Below, in pieces: positions 61,226 through 64,000 of a DNA stretch of 64,000 nucleotides; positions within the stretch are counted from its first letter, which is position 1; the number at the start of each line of letters is the position of its first letter. The notes under the pieces are model-generated. The model was not told where the DNA came from. It did not search any database and saw only the letters and a list, made by a program, of their open reading frames with translations. The DNA is from Methylophilaceae bacterium (GTDB lineage Bacteria; Pseudomonadota; Gammaproteobacteria; Burkholderiales; Methylophilaceae). A program made the position numbers and the translations under genes. The stretch is taken from the NCBI GenBank assembly GCA_965660175.1, contig CBFHYY010000013.1:1505-65504 (forward strand), in the 5' to 3' direction.

Positions 61226-61250
61226 TTTTATTATGTATTTTGGAGATTTG

Positions 61251-61958
61251 ATGAATCCGCTTTATTTGCAGATTAAGAAAAGAATTACCGATGGTTTGGT
61301 GGGGGGGTTATGGCCACCAGGACAATCAATTCCGAGCGAGATGGAGCTAGCCAAATATTATAGAGTTAGTCAGGGTACGGTCAGGAAGGCGATAGATGAA
61401 TTAGCGGCAGATAAAATCTTAATTCGTAGACAGGGAAAGGGGACCTTTGTTGCCACCCATGACGAAGAGAATATTCAGTTACGTTTTCTTAGGCTTACTT
61501 CAAATTTAGGTAATAAGGAAATGCTTGATAATGAGCTTTTATCGTTTGAAAAAGAAAAAGCAAGTAATGGATTGGCAAAAATATTGAACATAACTAGCGC
61601 CTCAACAATCGTTTCTATAAAGAGAGTATTAATGTTCAATAAAAAACCATTAATTATGGATTTAATTAAAGTACCTTCATCATCATTCCGCGGACTTTCT
61701 CCTAACAAAATTATTGAAAAGAAGGGCTCCATGTATCGTATGTATGAGACAGATTTTGGTATTCAAATGCTTCACGCCAAAGAAAAGATTAGAGCAGTTT
61801 CCGCAGATGAGGATGTTGCTGAGGTATTAGGTATAGAACCAAAGTCGCCCATACTTAGCGTTGAGAGAGTTTCCTACACTTATGAAAATAGACCAATAGA
61901 ATGGCGTTTGGGATTATGCCTCACCGAACATCACCATTACGCAACTGAGCTCGAGTAA
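61251..61958 (+). CDS. GntR-family transcriptional regulator, HutC subfamily (wHTH plus UTRA domain)
   Basis: The N-terminal wHTH reads SEMELAKYYRVSQGTVRKAIDEL. The C-terminal part is of UTRA-like length. GGAG at 61242-61245 supports ATG 61251 (MNPLYLQIKKRI). The track start at 61188 would add a hydrophobic, improbable leader. Confidence 0.85.
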   Translation: MNPLYLQIKKRITDGLVGGLWPPGQSIPSEMELAKYYRVSQGTVRKAIDELAADKILIRRQGKGTFVATHDEENIQLRFLRLTSNLGNKEMLDNELLSFEKEKASNGLAKILNITSASTIVSIKRVLMFNKKPLIMDLIKVPSSSFRGLSPNKIIEKKGSMYRMYETDFGIQMLHAKEKIRAVSADEDVAEVLGIEPKSPILSVERVSYTYENRPIEWRLGLCLTEHHHYATELE

Positions 61959-61960
61959 TT

Positions 61961-63157
61961 ATGGAAGATAAAAAAACAAAAGCACTGAATTACCATGAGT
62001 TTCCGAAACCGGGTAAGCTGAGTGTGGAGCCCTCAAAGCTTTGTGATTCAGCAGATGATCTCTCGCTTGCTTATTCACCTGGGGTAGCTGAACCAGTTTT
62101 GGAGATAGTGAATGATCCAAAAAATGCATATCGCTTCACCAATAAGGGAAATTTAGTTGCCGTTATATCAAATGGTACTGCTGTTTTAGGTCTCGGAGAT
62201 ACCGGTGCAATTGCCTCAAAGCCGGTAATGGAAGGAAAGGCTGTGCTGTTTAAGAAATTTGCAGGCATTGATGTTTTTGACATTGAGATTGACTGTACTG
62301 ATCCAGATGAATTTATTCAGACTGTGCAAAATATTGCGCCAACTTTTGGCGGGATTAATCTTGAGGATATCGCTGCCCCTGAATGCTTCTATATAGAAAA
62401 AGAACTTAAAAAAAGATTATCCATCCCAGTATTTCATGATGACCAACATGGAACTGCTGTGATTGTAGGAGCAGCTCTTCTCAATGCTTTAGAAATTCAA
62501 ATGAAATCCATTGATAAGGTGAAGATTGTATTTTTGGGTGCAGGTGCGGCTGGGTGTTCCTGCGCAAGATTCCTTAAGATGATGGGCGCTAATGATATAA
62601 CTATGGTTGATATCAAAGGAGTATTATCCACTAAAAGAAATGATTTAAATGAATACAATCAAGATCTTGCGGTAATAACTGAAAGCAATACATTTGATGA
62701 TGTAATTTCAAATGCGGATGTTTTTATTGGCGTCTCTGGAGCCAACCTTATGCACGAAAAGCATGTAAAAAAAATGGCAAAAAAACCTATTATTTTTGCG
62801 CTCGCTAATCCCGATCCAGAAATACTTCCATCAAAAGCTCACGCCATAAGAGATGATATTATAATGGCAACAGGTAGGTCAGACTTTGCCAATCAGGTTA
62901 ATAATGTCCTTGGATTCCCTTTTTTATTTAAAGGAGCCTTGGATGCAAAAGCTAAACATATAAGCAATGATATGTTATTGGCTTCCTCTAAAGCCCTTGC
63001 GAAGTTAGCAAAAGAACCTGTGCCGCAGTCAGTTTTAGATGCATACGGTATTGATGAGCTAGCATTTGGCCCTAATTATCTTATCCCAAAACCATTTGAT
63101 CCTCGGTTGATTGACACAGTTGCCGTAGCTGTTCGTGATGCCTATAAAGAAGAATAA
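61961..63157 (+). CDS. NAD(P)-dependent malic enzyme (short form, no phosphotransacetylase-like domain)
   Basis: 398 aa. Has the [34 protein letters not shown] and GAGAAG motifs of the MaeB N-terminal type. Confidence 0.9.
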   Translation: MEDKKTKALNYHEFPKPGKLSVEPSKLCDSADDLSLAYSPGVAEPVLEIVNDPKNAYRFTNKGNLVAVISNGTAVLGLGDTGAIASKPVMEGKAVLFKKFAGIDVFDIEIDCTDPDEFIQTVQNIAPTFGGINLEDIAAPECFYIEKELKKRLSIPVFHDDQHGTAVIVGAALLNALEIQMKSIDKVKIVFLGAGAAGCSCARFLKMMGANDITMVDIKGVLSTKRNDLNEYNQDLAVITESNTFDDVISNADVFIGVSGANLMHEKHVKKMAKKPIIFALANPDPEILPSKAHAIRDDIIMATGRSDFANQVNNVLGFPFLFKGALDAKAKHISNDMLLASSKALAKLAKEPVPQSVLDAYGIDELAFGPNYLIPKPFDPRLIDTVAVAVRDAYKEE

Positions 63158-63159
63158 AG

Positions 63160-63525
63160 ATGCCTAAAAATCTAAACCTTTTTACTATCAGGCTTCCCAT
63201 TCCAGCCCTGGTATCGATCCTACATCGAATGAGTGGCGTAGCGTTATTTTTGTTGATGCCTTTTTTAACAATTAGTTTCTGTAAATCAATTTTATCAGTC
63301 ACTTATTTTAAAGATACCTATGTGCAAATAAATCAATTTCCGTACACCCTTATTTTTTATTTAATGATTTGGGGGCTTATTCATCATGTGATCGCTGGAT
63401 TAAGGCACCTTTTACTTGATATGCAAATAGGAAACGAATTGATTGTTGCAAGATTAAGCAGTAAAGCTGTGTTGGCATTCAGTTTTATATTTACGGCGAT
63501 CGCGATATATTTTTATGAATTTTAA
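63160..63525 (+). CDS. sdhC: succinate dehydrogenase cytochrome b556 subunit
   Basis: 121 aa with three TM helices. Has the SILHRMSGV motif carrying the heme-ligand His. Lies upstream of sdhD and sdhA. Confidence 0.88.
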   Translation: MPKNLNLFTIRLPIPALVSILHRMSGVALFLLMPFLTISFCKSILSVTYFKDTYVQINQFPYTLIFYLMIWGLIHHVIAGLRHLLLDMQIGNELIVARLSSKAVLAFSFIFTAIAIYFYEF

Positions 63526-63886
63526 GACCTATTTAAGACCATTTGGAGGGATGACTCAGTGGCTTTATCAACGATTTACCGCGTTATACATGATGTTTTA
63601 TATAGTCATTTTGATATCAACAATTTTTTTAGTAAAACCTATAACGTTCGATATCTGGTCATCATTATTTTCTCTTTGGTACGTAAAAATTTCAACAATT
63701 TTATTTTTCTATCTTATGTTTTTTCATGCATGGATAGGAGTTTTACATGTCACTGAAGATTACATAAAAATTATGTGGCTAAAAAAAATTGTAGATTTCT
63801 TGCTTTTAATCATCATGGTTTTGCAAATAATTTATCTATCCACAACTTTATTAGGACACTCTGTTGATCAAAACATATTCCTTTGA
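63515..63886 (+). CDS. sdhD: succinate dehydrogenase hydrophobic membrane anchor subunit
   Basis: 123 aa with three TM helices. Has W..QR.TA at the N-terminus and HAWIG. Overlaps sdhC by 11 nt. Confidence 0.85.
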   Translation: MNFKTYLRPFGGMTQWLYQRFTALYMMFYIVILISTIFLVKPITFDIWSSLFSLWYVKISTILFFYLMFFHAWIGVLHVTEDYIKIMWLKKIVDFLLLIIMVLQIIYLSTTLLGHSVDQNIFL

Positions 63887-64000
63887 TGCAATTATAGTAG
63901 GCGGTGGTGGTGCTGGCTTAAGGACCTCAATGCAGCTTGCGACTGCTGGCTTAAAAGTCGCTGTTATTTCAAAGGTATTTCCTACAAGATCCCATACCGT
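63864..64000 (+). CDS. sdhA: succinate dehydrogenase flavoprotein subunit, N-terminal fragment; the gene runs off the window
   Basis: Manual translation from TTG 63864 gives MIKTYSFDAIIVGGGGAGLRTSMQLATAGLKVAVISKVFPTRSHT. This contains the FAD dinucleotide fold and the KVFPTRSHT motif with the covalent-FAD His. AGGA lies 7 nt upstream. It overlaps sdhD by 23 nt. Confidence 0.9.
   Translation, partial: MIKTYSFDAIIVGGGGAGLRTSMQLATAGLKVAVISKVFPTRSHT

Noticed and set aside
61188-61250. The 21-codon N-terminal extension of the GntR ORF (MIFFYVLYKIYKTFIMYFGDL) given by the track.
   Set aside because: It is hydrophobic and aromatic-rich, has no RBS, and would bury the palindromic operator-like repeat in coding sequence. 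ATG 61251 has a GGAG SD and gives a normal wHTH N-terminus.

Overview
This is an AT-rich, very gene-dense window with about 64 protein genes and 3 tRNAs. I found no rRNA, CRISPR array, transposase, integrase or prophage genes. All identifications come from reading motifs and gene order; no database search was possible.

The gene order is classic betaproteobacterial housekeeping synteny:
- ndk-rlmN-ispG-hisS-yfgM-bamB-der
- hfq-hflX-hflK-hflC-hisZ-purA
- tig-clpP-clpX-lon-ppiD
- mltD-gloB-yafS-rnhA-dnaQ
- sdhCDA

A ribulose-monophosphate formaldehyde-assimilation module (tal, hps, phi) sits next to ppsA/ppsR. Together with the low GC and tight packing, this points to a genome-streamlined methylotroph of the Methylophilaceae/OM43 type. 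That taxonomic call is an inference.

Intergenic gaps are mostly under 25 bp and many genes overlap by 1-25 nt. Only two non-coding gaps exceed 200 bp: 27782-28036 and 61001-61250.

The most unusual content, in rough order of interest:
1. A tightly overlapping six-gene minus-strand operon (54561-61000) joins the methylcitrate-cycle genes prpB/prpC/prpD to two CitE/HpcH-family acyl-CoA lyase homologs and a double hot-dog MaoC-type hydratase. It is divergently paired with a HutC-type GntR regulator, malic enzyme and sdhCDA. The 250-bp control region between them carries repeated CTTATATAAG palindromes.
2. A czcCBA-ordered RND efflux operon with a very divergent adaptor protein, no linked regulator, and a tRNA-Leu next to it.
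3. A Dpp/Opp-type ABC importer whose two ATPase genes sit inside the hisS-yfgM housekeeping cluster, about 40 kb from its permease and binding-protein genes.
4. An unlisted 50-aa Cys/His small ORF and a 91-aa protein of unknown function between dnaQ and prpD.
5. A DCoH/PCD-like gene translationally coupled to pabB.

I see no clear defence system, toxin-antitoxin pair or mobile element.
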